Made by a program: the position numbers and the translations under genes. Of a stretch of DNA of 64,000 bases, positions 34,048 to 43,371 are shown piece by piece. The DNA lies in IMG/VR virus record IMGVR_UViG_2687453376_000003; one strand, 5' to 3'. The notes under the pieces were generated by a model. The model was given only the letters and a program-made list of their open reading frames with translations, was not told the origin of the DNA and did no database searches. How positions within the stretch are numbered: the stretch's first letter is position 1; every line of letters begins with the position of its first letter. This stretch comes from an uncultured virus (IMG/VR IMGVR_UViG_2687453376_000003). Taxonomy: Duplodnaviria; Heunggongvirae; Uroviricota; Caudoviricetes.

Positions 34048-37000
34048 ATGTTTGGCTTACTCATTAAGAGCCTCTCAGATAAAATCAAGGCTGATATCAA
34101 AAAAAACTTAAAAAACAACGCGATCTATAGAAAACATTGCTGGAATCTGCCTGAAAGAATACAGGTTTACTGCTCCACTCACTACTTAAAAGCAATGCTC
34201 ATTCTCTGGACTGCAGCAGGTTGCTCACTACTGATAGCTGAACTATTTCGCTCACAATTTCATTCAGTTGCCAGCACCCATCTGAAAGGGGTCACTACGT
34301 TGCCGACATGGATGTCTAGCCTCCTTGGTGGCCAGTTGACAATCATTGGTATCGTATTTCCGCTTGTTGTTGGCCTAATCAGTGTTCTTTTCCAGAAAAA
34401 ATCATCCAGGATACATATACAATCAGCCTACCAATTGCATTCAGGCTATATGTTTGCTGGGCTTAGCGGATTGTCATTAGCCGCATTTATACTAATTGGA
34501 GGGATGGTCTCGTCTATAGGGGACAAATATCTTGATGTAGCCTTTGCCATTACGGCATTAGTATGGATGCTTTTCAATATTTCACTGTCAATATGGTTCT
34601 TTATCACAAGCCTTAATATATTAGATGATAAAAAACGTGATCGCCTGATGCTTAAATATTTTCAGTCAGAGATTGTGAGTAATTATATCATCCGTTCACA
34701 GATAGATTCATCGATCAATTATCTTAGTATACATATCGACAAACAACATATCAAAGGAATAGAGATCGTTAACCGGTATGATTCTAACATGCATCTAATA
34801 CATCATAATCTTCATGAAGATAAAGAAATCAGAGATGTAAAACTATGGCTGGTAAATCTTTTATTTCGCAGATTAAAACCTGTCAAAGGGAAAACTGGTA
34901 AAATAATCATAACCTCCTCCTTAAAACATAACAAAAATAAAATTACGTTACTTGCATCTTCGGATGTAATCATTCCTAGATACTGGACTTTTCTATTCAA
35001 AATTTGTTTTATCAAGGGACCTAAAGAAAACCGAAAGGCGTATAGAAATATTACCCGTGACTTCTATGGTGAAGCGTATGATGCTTTGAGCGACAGGAAT
35101 ATTAGCACCTTCATCGCAGCAACCGACAGACTGATTGAAACCTATACAACGCTAAAGAAAAGTTTTCAGTGTAATAGCATGAACTATTTGGATAAATATA
35201 ATGATTCAGGATCACTTGTTACGTTTAGCCAATCTTTCCACCATGATTTTTACGCATTCAACCATGAAGCTGTAAAGTCACTAGAAACAACAGGAGAGTA
35301 TTTCCGAAAAATAATTGATGTTCCATTTTCTATTTATCGTGAATTGGATTGTGTTAAAATTAATGAATTTCAACAGTGTATTCAGTCTCTCTTCTATTTA
35401 TGGCATGCACTCATCAACTGGAGATCTGGTTATGGAGATAATCTATCAATAAGTCAAGAACAACGCTATAGGGAGCTTATTCGATGTTTAATCGGGGAAT
35501 GGGAAAGTTGGTACATGTGGCGACGTCCTAATGACAAGTCAGAAGATAGATTGGATGATTACTCGGAGCACCTCTTATATCATCTTAACCAGACTGCTCA
35601 GATAGCCATGACTGCTATAATGGCAGACGATCGCTTTGCCTCAGATCATAGCTCAGACATGCTGTTGCTTTGGTTCAGCCAGAATCGTTTTGAGCAGCAT
35701 TTTGAAGAGTATCGTTGGCACAGTTTTTTCCTAACACCGTCATATTTAACTATGACACCCGATAGTCAAGAATGGTTATCTATACTCAGGGGATACCCAT
35801 ATTCTTATGAGGCGGCGCAATCAATTATTTTTTCCAATGCTCTAGCAGACATACGACTACTGACAGCTGGATATATTATCTCTCATGTTAAGCAGAGGAA
35901 TAATATTCGTCTGAAAGAAGTAATAAAGCGATTACTTAAATCTGAACTTGTTTATCCGACAGGAGCAAATGATCAGATGACTGCCACATTTACTTCTGCC
36001 ACAGATATTATTGACAGTATTATCAGACTTGGATATCAACAGGATACTCATAAAGGTTATTGGTACGAAAAACTATCAGATTTAGTTGAAAAATTTTCTG
36101 CATACAATGAAACAAAGATGATATCTGGACGTATCCACATGGGAATCTATGAGGATGTAAGCAATATATACGAAGGTTATACAGATATCGCATTTTATCT
36201 ATCATCCAGCCCTCATCCAGTCAGTAGAAGAGTATTAAATGCACTGAATGATAATATCTTTTCGTACCATAGAAAGGAGCGAATCATCTTTCAACTAGAA
36301 CGAATGAAGCGCGATAAAGAAACATCTTCACGTGGATACTTAATGTCTAAAGAAGAGTTTAAAAATAAAATAAATTTCTTTAATGAAACTCTGGATGCGT
36401 ATATTCAGGCTTTTAATCAAAGTCTATATACAGATCTTCTCAACGCTGACATTGATACCGCACGTCTGAAAAAAACCGACCTCACTCTTACCCAAGAATT
36501 GCCTCAAACACTTACTCAGAATACTCTTCTTTCTCATTTTTCCTTCAGGACTTCTGAGGACAGTACCAAACAATGGGAAACTAAATGCATATGCACTGAA
36601 ATTCCTAAAAACATTATCTCCAGAGACATCAATAGCAATTTTTTCGAAGATCTAACATCGATTTCTAATGTAGAAAAACACATGCTTCACAACGTGTACC
36701 ATCGCCTGTTACACTTATCCTCTTCCCGCACAGAAATAGTCCACGATGTAGAGGAACTTCTAAAAAATTTACGGGAGATAACATCGGATGAAGACAATTA
36801 TACGTTGATCTTATTCGGAACCTACTTTGGACAGACACTACGTGAGCTAACTCATCACGAGAATAGACATTCTGAGCTAGGGATTACACTTAACACAATA
36901 TCAAACGTAAGAGACTTGATGCCGATCAGAGTCAATAATTGCGATATATATCAAGTCTGGAGGCAAAACGAAAATCATTCCCTACTTATCCGGAATAGTA

Positions 37001-37161
37001 TTTTCGGTGACATTTACTTCTTTAGCGATTCTGATAACACACTTTTCAATTCATCCTGGCAGAGTAGTGACGAAAATCCACTTGAAGGTATAGTAACTAC
37101 CTGCTGGAAACAGGAAATGGAAATAAAAGGTTCTGCGGTTGCTAGATTCGAACATCTCTGA
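34048..37161 (+). CDS. Large hypothetical protein (1037 aa) with ~4 N-terminal TM segments
   Basis: Long uninterrupted AT-rich ORF, AGGA RBS; hydrophobic segments in aa ~50-190; no catalytic motif recognised. Confidence 0.85.
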   Translation: MFGLLIKSLSDKIKADIKKNLKNNAIYRKHCWNLPERIQVYCSTHYLKAMLILWTAAGCSLLIAELFRSQFHSVASTHLKGVTTLPTWMSSLLGGQLTIIGIVFPLVVGLISVLFQKKSSRIHIQSAYQLHSGYMFAGLSGLSLAAFILIGGMVSSIGDKYLDVAFAITALVWMLFNISLSIWFFITSLNILDDKKRDRLMLKYFQSEIVSNYIIRSQIDSSINYLSIHIDKQHIKGIEIVNRYDSNMHLIHHNLHEDKEIRDVKLWLVNLLFRRLKPVKGKTGKIIITSSLKHNKNKITLLASSDVIIPRYWTFLFKICFIKGPKENRKAYRNITRDFYGEAYDALSDRNISTFIAATDRLIETYTTLKKSFQCNSMNYLDKYNDSGSLVTFSQSFHHDFYAFNHEAVKSLETTGEYFRKIIDVPFSIYRELDCVKINEFQQCIQSLFYLWHALINWRSGYGDNLSISQEQRYRELIRCLIGEWESWYMWRRPNDKSEDRLDDYSEHLLYHLNQTAQIAMTAIMADDRFASDHSSDMLLLWFSQNRFEQHFEEYRWHSFFLTPSYLTMTPDSQEWLSILRGYPYSYEAAQSIIFSNALADIRLLTAGYIISHVKQRNNIRLKEVIKRLLKSELVYPTGANDQMTATFTSATDIIDSIIRLGYQQDTHKGYWYEKLSDLVEKFSAYNETKMISGRIHMGIYEDVSNIYEGYTDIAFYLSSSPHPVSRRVLNALNDNIFSYHRKERIIFQLERMKRDKETSSRGYLMSKEEFKNKINFFNETLDAYIQAFNQSLYTDLLNADIDTARLKKTDLTLTQELPQTLTQNTLLSHFSFRTSEDSTKQWETKCICTEIPKNIISRDINSNFFEDLTSISNVEKHMLHNVYHRLLHLSSSRTEIVHDVEELLKNLREITSDEDNYTLILFGTYFGQTLRELTHHENRHSELGITLNTISNVRDLMPIRVNNCDIYQVWRQNENHSLLIRNSIFGDIYFFSDSDNTLFNSSWQSSDENPLEGIVTTCWKQEMEIKGSAVARFEHL

Positions 37162-37169
37162 TAATTATT

Positions 37170-37415
37170 GCTGAACGAGAGACCTGAGCCAGCTGCAGAG
37201 AAGAACCACTCAGCGAGCTGATCGAGTCGCGTATCGATCATGCGCTAGGTTTAAAATTAGCGCACCGCCCTGCCCTAAACCGGGCAGAAATCACCAGCAA
37301 GCGCGAGTCGCATCGAGTAGATGTGATCGTACTGCGCGCCGGCAAACGTCAACAACCACAACCCAGTTGGAATAACTGCTGTTTGGCTCAGGTGGCGCTG
37401 TATAGGGGAGCGTAG
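37170..37415 (+). pseudogene. N: Remnant of a P22/phi21-type N antiterminator (C-terminal part)
   Basis: Frame reads AERET*ASCREEPLSELIESRID...SHRVDVIVLRAGKRQ...NCCLAQVALYRGA*, resembling the RV..AI...R....(C)LP.VALY tail of P22-like N; no start codon or Arg-rich motif. Confidence 0.55.
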
Positions 37416-37539
37416 ATATCCACTAAGAGTGAGAGGAAAGGGGTTATAAAGAGAAATAAGCTCATAATAACAAAATAACTTAGAATATTATTCGAAGTTA
37501 TTTTAATATAAAATTTATGAATCGCAATTAGCTATATGC

Positions 37540-37566
37540 AAAAGAGGCCATAGAAAGGCCTCTTTT
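37540..37566. terminator. Bidirectional terminator
   Basis: AAAAGAGGCC-atagaaa-GGCCTCTTTT between convergent genes. Confidence 0.8.
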
Positions 37567-37641
37567 AATAAAACCATCAATATAGTTGATACACGCATTA
37601 TCTATTATTAGCGAGCAGTTATGGATAAAAGATCAATTACT

Positions 37642-39315
37642 CTAATAATCCCCCTCCAGCTCATCTTTATCTTTTACAAATCGAGTATCTGTATTCATTC
37701 TTATATCAAGTGCAGAGTGAAGCATCTTATGTATTTTCATACCGCTTGCACGCTTAATTTCATTCTTTGTGGCAGGGGTACTGTCTCTGGATGACCATTT
37801 ATATGGTGTAAGACTGCTGACTTTGAAACCAACTATACCAAGATTATAAAGACATAGAAGAAGTTCATTAATCACATCAGATTCTCTGCTTTCACCATTA
37901 AGCATTTTATTTGCAATGATAGCACAAGGATCTTTAGTTCCTTGTATTGACAATTCACTTATTACAGAATCTATGCTCGCTCTGGGAATAATTGCTCGTG
38001 AAAATTTATCAGGAAGATTCCTTAATAATTCAACTGATTCTTCAAATGATGGATAGATATCTCCCCACTCCTCTTTGAGAGATCGTAAACGTTTTAGAGA
38101 ATATACTGACTCAGCTTTTTGAATAGAATCCCAAGAAATACGCTCGCGATTAAGAGCTACGCTAAAGCATTCATTTACATACTGAAGTATATCTCTAGGC
38201 CTTAGTAGGGTTCGTTCAGTTATATACTCAATAGCAGTTAATCCTGATGGCCCTCCCTTAGGTTTCGGAAAAATATCATATATTTTTACATTATCGCGCG
38301 TGTACTGTTTTCTATAAACTTCACTAACTCTTTTTTGAACCAACTCCGTAAGCTGCTCCGATGTCCATTTTATATCGAGAATATATGATTCATACTTCTC
38401 CTCCTGAAAGCCTGAGCTACGAGTCAGATTAAATACCGAACGGAGTAGATCGAGCCTTAATGCAACTATAATCTTTATATTTTTTATTTTACGGAAGACC
38501 TTTATTTCTTCAATTAATGCTCTGATGAACTTATAACGCGTTTCATTCTCTGCCCAATTTTCATCCAATTGATCAATTATAATAACATATTTTTTCTGGG
38601 GATCGTCGAATGAGTACTCAGCTAAGAGAGATAGTATCTCATTAAGTTTTTGTATCTGAAGACTACTTACTACTTCGGTCGCTCGCTTTTTTACATCGAG
38701 TATTTGTTCTTCAGTTAACTTTTTTGCATATTCAGCATTGAGCGCTATACTACTATATTCAGCACCAATAGATGCTTTAGTATCACGCTCTAGTTTTAAT
38801 GTAATTTCTCTTAAATGAGCATCTGTATCGATCCAAAATTTATCACCCCATTCCATAAAATATTCAAGAGCCTTTCGTTTTATTTCATCTTTCTTTAGTC
38901 GATTCAATATCCCAGAAAAAAAATTATTTGTATCTGACTCACTTTTTATATCGTGCCGTAACTTAAGCAACTCCATAATAAGTATATGGCGCCACAACAC
39001 CTTATAGAACATATCGAGATTTACGTTTAACGCTTCAAAAAAAGCAATAATGTCAGACTGTTCCAAAAAACGTATGGAAATATCATTAGGATCAAGTTGC
39101 CTGCATTTGTATGCGCGATTCATAACCATATGCAGTAACGCACTTTTTCCTGCACCTGTTCGCCCTCTAACTATTGAAGAGTTATCAAAAGGATCAAGTA
39201 ACTTATTCAAATATCCACTATCAACAAAACAACTCTCCAATAAAAGAGTGTCAGATTCTGCATCCAACTCACCGATTTTAAGATTTTGTCTGATCGTAAT
39301 AGGATTATTAGCCAT
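37642..39315 (-). CDS. P-loop ATPase (Sll1717/FunZ-like)
   Basis: G.LDAESD N-terminus, Walker A GRTGAGKS, Walker B IIIDQLDENW, RPRDIL; AT-rich. Confidence 0.8.
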   Translation of the reverse strand: MANNPITIRQNLKIGELDAESDTLLLESCFVDSGYLNKLLDPFDNSSIVRGRTGAGKSALLHMVMNRAYKCRQLDPNDISIRFLEQSDIIAFFEALNVNLDMFYKVLWRHILIMELLKLRHDIKSESDTNNFFSGILNRLKKDEIKRKALEYFMEWGDKFWIDTDAHLREITLKLERDTKASIGAEYSSIALNAEYAKKLTEEQILDVKKRATEVVSSLQIQKLNEILSLLAEYSFDDPQKKYVIIIDQLDENWAENETRYKFIRALIEEIKVFRKIKNIKIIVALRLDLLRSVFNLTRSSGFQEEKYESYILDIKWTSEQLTELVQKRVSEVYRKQYTRDNVKIYDIFPKPKGGPSGLTAIEYITERTLLRPRDILQYVNECFSVALNRERISWDSIQKAESVYSLKRLRSLKEEWGDIYPSFEESVELLRNLPDKFSRAIIPRASIDSVISELSIQGTKDPCAIIANKMLNGESRESDVINELLLCLYNLGIVGFKVSSLTPYKWSSRDSTPATKNEIKRASGMKIHKMLHSALDIRMNTDTRFVKDKDELEGDY

Positions 39316-39819
39316 TTAGTGCCTTATGGATAGCCATGAATATTTTATCAAAATAATAAGATGACATATCTGCTGTTACTTTTTTGTGAGTTATGCCTTA
39401 GTTTTATGACCTCAGTCATCTCTACCTATGCAAAACTTCACCATTTACATAGCATTATTTAAGGTAAAAAGCTAATACGCATACTTTTGGCTCACTTTTA
39501 CAGACATGCTTAACAAACCAGCTATTTAATACAATGCCAAGTCTTTGGATAATTCCATCTCATACTGGTAAGAATTAATACGAATAACAATAAGGGAGGT
39601 TATTATTATTGATAAGAATAATAATCATACCCACCTGCGGTCTGCACTGTCATTACGGGCGTCATGGCGGTGAGCCACAGACCGCAGCTGGATATGTAGA
39701 GTGATGGAGAGTTCGATGAGTCGGCAACCATTGAAGAATTTGCAGTAGTTCGAAATAAGGAATTAAGTTCTATTCGCAGAACTATAAACCATTATATATG
39801 GATGGTAAACGGAGGATTT

Positions 39820-40107
39820 ATGAGTAATGATGAATTGATGCACGTTATCGCCCTTCTTCTTGAGGACGCTAAATACCTACAGAAAGTTGAACCCAATGCA
39901 GGTACGGAAGCCCGCATATACTTGGCGCAAAAAGCAGTTCAGCCAGTAAGTGCTGATGCTGAATACACCTCGAAAAAATCTGAAATCACCCCGCTGAAAT
40001 GCGACGGAATCAACAGAGTGTATCATGAGACGATGGTTAAAGCTCTACGAATGGAAATTAATAAATTACAGGATATTATCCATAATCACCAATTAACAAG
40101 CCCGTAA
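39820..40107 (+). CDS. Hypothetical phage protein
   Basis: GGAGG RBS; VIALLLEDAK...EPNAGTEARI motif. Confidence 0.6.
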   Translation: MSNDELMHVIALLLEDAKYLQKVEPNAGTEARIYLAQKAVQPVSADAEYTSKKSEITPLKCDGINRVYHETMVKALRMEINKLQDIIHNHQLTSP

Positions 40108-40376
40108 CCTGGAAGAAGTTCTGAAAAACGTTCGAACTCACAGGCAAAGATATGAGCATTGACACCTGCTGTATTAGCGATAGAAAAAGTTTGATCTACT
40201 ACCCCCTGACAGCTAAGACGTGATTTACCAATATAACCATTAGGTGGAAGTTGTAGTTTTTCATCTTTGTCTTGGATTGAGTCAACGAAACCAAAGCTCC
40301 TCATGATTTCTTTGAATTTAATGGCCTGCTCAGATGTCGCCTGGAAAAGTTGAACATGAACATAAATTTGCTTCAT
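40086..40376 (-). CDS. DUF2622/GhoS-like (Cas2-fold) small protein
   Basis: AAGGAAGG RBS; V.V.L..A.......F..IM...GF...I......QLP...Y pattern. Confidence 0.6.
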   Translation of the reverse strand: MKQIYVHVQLFQATSEQAIKFKEIMRSFGFVDSIQDKDEKLQLPPNGYIGKSRLSCQGVVDQTFSIANTAGVNAHIFACEFERFSELLPGYGLVNW

Positions 40377-40525
40377 ACGTTTTTCCTTCCTTGCTAGCTG
40401 TGTGAGAGCAACTAGCATACCACCGAGCCTGAAGTGGTGAAAAGACAGGCACACGCGTAGATAGTTTTTAGCAACAAAAAAGCGCCCTATCGGACGCTTT
40501 TCTCTTTAATCATCAACGTAGCAAA

Positions 40526-40996
40526 TCATTCATCTTTTGGAAGGTCACCTGAAAACCAGGCTGCGACCTTCTCTGACATATTCAGCTTAATAGCCGCAGA
40601 CTCTGATGAACGGCCAAGAGAGATAAGCGCCCTTTTATAAGCAGGGTCTCGTAACATCCCAAGCGTTGGGTTATCGCCCTCTTCCACTTTAACGTAAGCA
40701 GCATGAAGATCAGCGTCTGAGACGCTATCCGGCATCGTTATCAGCGCCTTCATTTGTTTCGCTTGAATCTCATGTAGCATAGCCGTTTTACCCGGTTGCC
40801 ATACAAAACTGGCGATAGATATCACGGCAATAACGGCACCAAAAAGAGGAGCGCTACCATAGGTGGCAAATATTGCTGACCCGAGCGTAATTTGAACAAA
40901 CGTTAGCAGGCGATCCAATCTGGCGTATAAGATCGCATGCATTTTTTCTATATAAAATGAATATCGAATACTAAAAAGCAATTCATCCCGGGTCAT
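40526..40996 (-). CDS. Two-TM SLATT-like membrane protein
   Basis: GAGG RBS; helix, two adjacent TM segments (LLTFVQITLGSAIF / LFGAVIAVISIASFVW), then QPGKTAMLH. Confidence 0.6.
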   Translation of the reverse strand: MTRDELLFSIRYSFYIEKMHAILYARLDRLLTFVQITLGSAIFATYGSAPLFGAVIAVISIASFVWQPGKTAMLHEIQAKQMKALITMPDSVSDADLHAAYVKVEEGDNPTLGMLRDPAYKRALISLGRSSESAAIKLNMSEKVAAWFSGDLPKDE

Positions 40997-41005
40997 TTGA
41001 CACCT

Positions 41006-41098
41006 CTATTTTTTCGGCTTTGGCGCAGGCGTCGGCCTGTACGGCACTTGTCCGTCAGGTCTTGGACGTTCTGTACCACCAAATTGATTAATACGCAT
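41006..41098 (-). CDS. 30-aa Pro/Arg/Lys-rich peptide
   Basis: Not in ORF track; GGAGG RBS; MRINQFGGTERPRPDGQVPYRPTPAPKPKK*; stop overlaps the next gene's RBS. Confidence 0.55.
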   Translation of the reverse strand: MRINQFGGTERPRPDGQVPYRPTPAPKPKK

Positions 41099-41242
41099 TT
41101 TACCCTCCATTGGGTGGAGTTAATGGAGAACCTCCATGTGGTGATGGAGTTCGTGCGCCGGACACGGGTAAGAATCCGGCTTAAATAAAATACTACCCCC
41201 GCTTATACGCAGCGAGCAATCAAGAAATAAAGGGAGTGTGAG

Positions 41243-41443
41243 ATGAAGGTATTAAGAATTAAATGGGCTGGATATTGCCCAGCCTGTGACAGCGATGAAC
41301 TTGACGTTACCACTGAACTCGGCACCAGTGACTTTCTGTATGCCGGCGATGGTGTCGTCTGCTCTGAGTGCGGTAAGAAAGGCGAAATTGATTGTGATGA
41401 TGACAGCGCATTCGCTGTATGGGATGAGGAGGCGTCAGCATGA
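41243..41443 (+). CDS. Small zinc-ribbon protein
   Basis: CPAC...CSEC; GGGAG RBS; overlaps the next start. Confidence 0.7.
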   Translation: MKVLRIKWAGYCPACDSDELDVTTELGTSDFLYAGDGVVCSECGKKGEIDCDDDSAFAVWDEEASA

Positions 41444-41829
41444 GCCAGGTAGACAAACAGGCGCTGCGCACATATGCAGAGAACGCAAACCAAGGTGAAT
41501 GGTGTTCAGATGACCACGATGGCGTCATTGCTGATGCTGGGTTGAATGGCAATTACTACATAGCGCATAGCTCAGGGCCAGATAATCAAGCCAATGCTCG
41601 TTATATCGCCGCAGCTAACCCCTCCGCCATTCTAGCGTTGCTGGATGAACTGGACGCCGCAGAGAAGCGCATCGCGGAGCTGGAGGCGCGGACTGTTACT
41701 TTGCCACCTGAGCGATTCCGCTACGGCGAGAGCGAGTACGATGACGGTTACGTGAACGGCTGGAATGCACACGGCATTGAAACAAAAGTAGCGCTACGCG
41801 CCGCCGGTATTGGCGTGAAGGAGGTTTGA
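41440..41829 (+). CDS. Ead/Ea22-like protein
   Basis: VDKQALR, ANARYIAAANPSAILALLDEL, RIAELEARTVTLP. Confidence 0.85.
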   Translation: MSQVDKQALRTYAENANQGEWCSDDHDGVIADAGLNGNYYIAHSSGPDNQANARYIAAANPSAILALLDELDAAEKRIAELEARTVTLPPERFRYGESEYDDGYVNGWNAHGIETKVALRAAGIGVKEV

Positions 41830-41889
41830 TGCGCGAAATCGGAGAACAAATTACGGCCAGCGCTGCTGGCGCCAGTAAGGGGGAGTGAG

Positions 41890-42078
41890 ATGAAAATTAG
41901 AGATCATATGGAAGCAGTAATGTCGGTCATCGAAGAAATAAATGGAGATAATACCGATATGAATCTGAAACTTCTGTCAATAATTATTGCTGAATACATG
42001 ATTAATGCCGAAGTCACTGGTTTTGAAGTTACTGCCTGGAAAATGAAAGTTTCAGTAGAAATAAGCTCGGAGGACTAA
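41890..42078 (+). CDS. Hypothetical protein (62 aa)
   Basis: GGGGAG RBS; in the early-left gene string. Confidence 0.55.
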   Translation: MKIRDHMEAVMSVIEEINGDNTDMNLKLLSIIIAEYMINAEVTGFEVTAWKMKVSVEISSED

Positions 42079-42081
42079 CCC

Positions 42082-42672
42082 ATGGCCACTATTACCAAAG
42101 AGCAGGCGCTGGCTGTTTCCGATTTGAAGGCAGGATACACGCTTGGTCATGCCGATGTAGCAATTATAAAAGATATGGCCCGCATCGCGCTGGCGTCTGC
42201 AGCAAGCGGCAATTCTATCCATGATTTGTTTTTGCGGGCAAAGGCGCTGATGTACCAATCAGGCGGTTCACCAATAGAAAACTCACTAAATCCTATTGAT
42301 GCATGGCTGTTTGAAGCAGAGCGCTCCGGGCTGCCGGTAGCGCCACTCTACATCGCCCCGCCAGTGCCAGCAGTTATAGATGAGCGAGCATTGTTCGACG
42401 CGTGGAATAACGAAGACAACCTTCCAATTGCAGGAGTTGGTGCGAAAAACGCTGCCTGGTTAGCATGGCAGGAACGAGCCAAGATGGGAAACCAGCCAGC
42501 ACCTGAACTGAAAATGGCGCACCTGATTAACAAATTTTATGAGCGCTATCCGCTGAACACCTTCAAAAGCGATTCAGAACGCAGCGAGGCATTGGGTTAT
42601 TTCATGGCTGGCGCTGAGTTGCAGTGTTTTGGTGAGTTTATTAATTATTCTGAATTGCTGGGTGATGAATAA
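42082..42672 (+). CDS. Eaa-like mosaic early protein
   Basis: MATITKE, MARIALAS, PLYIAPPVP modules. Confidence 0.75.
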   Translation: MATITKEQALAVSDLKAGYTLGHADVAIIKDMARIALASAASGNSIHDLFLRAKALMYQSGGSPIENSLNPIDAWLFEAERSGLPVAPLYIAPPVPAVIDERALFDAWNNEDNLPIAGVGAKNAAWLAWQERAKMGNQPAPELKMAHLINKFYERYPLNTFKSDSERSEALGYFMAGAELQCFGEFINYSELLGDE

Positions 42673-43043
42673 TGAAACTCACAAAAGAGCGCCTACAGGA
42701 GATTGTAGAAGATGGCTTCCTGAAGCACGGGGAAAGCAAAGATATGGCGCGCATCGCGCTGGCGTCACTGGAGGCTGAGCCGGTGGTTCCACCGGAACTG
42801 CATTGGGAGGATGTGTGCAGGATAAGCCCAGAGATTACGATCGGAGACGCCATAGTGTATGCGGGCGCCTGGAACGCCTGCCGCGCGGCAATGCTCCAGG
42901 CTGCCCCCCTCACTGGTGAGGATACCTCCGCCGAACTGCCAGAGCCGTGCCCGCGTTGTGGGTGTCGCAGTAGCCGTCCTAACGGTGAACACTACTGCCA
43001 CCCGTTGGCAGCACCACCACAGCAGGAGGCCAGCGATGACTGA
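42672..43043 (+). CDS. Eaa-like mosaic early protein
   Basis: LTKERLQEI, MARIALASLEAEPV, AWNACRAAML, AAPPQQE. Confidence 0.75.
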   Translation: MKLTKERLQEIVEDGFLKHGESKDMARIALASLEAEPVVPPELHWEDVCRISPEITIGDAIVYAGAWNACRAAMLQAAPLTGEDTSAELPEPCPRCGCRSSRPNGEHYCHPLAAPPQQEASDD

Positions 43044-43371
43044 GCGAGAGCTTGACCAAGATGCGGCATTGAGTTTCGAGCTTTTTGCCGGAGATTTCGG
43101 CGGTGCCGATGATGTATCTCTGTCTAATAAAATAGTTAAAGGTCGCGGCGTATATTCCTGCTTTATCTGCGCTGGAGAAATCGCTATTGGTGAGCGGCAT
43201 CGCTATGCCGTTCATAAATTTGACGGTGAGATCATGACATACCGCTGTTGTAACGCATGCTGTGTAGCTATGGCTGATAGCGTCAATTGTGATTATGAAG
43301 ATGAAGATCCAATTGACGCTCGTTATGAGCTTGCTTTTCAACGCAGAAAAAATAGCCAGGAGGTGCGTTAA
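43036..43371 (+). CDS. Hypothetical Cys-rich (Zn-binding) protein
   Basis: GGAGG RBS; CFIC..I..GE, CCNACC. Confidence 0.7.
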   Translation: MTERELDQDAALSFELFAGDFGGADDVSLSNKIVKGRGVYSCFICAGEIAIGERHRYAVHKFDGEIMTYRCCNACCVAMADSVNCDYEDEDPIDARYELAFQRRKNSQEVR

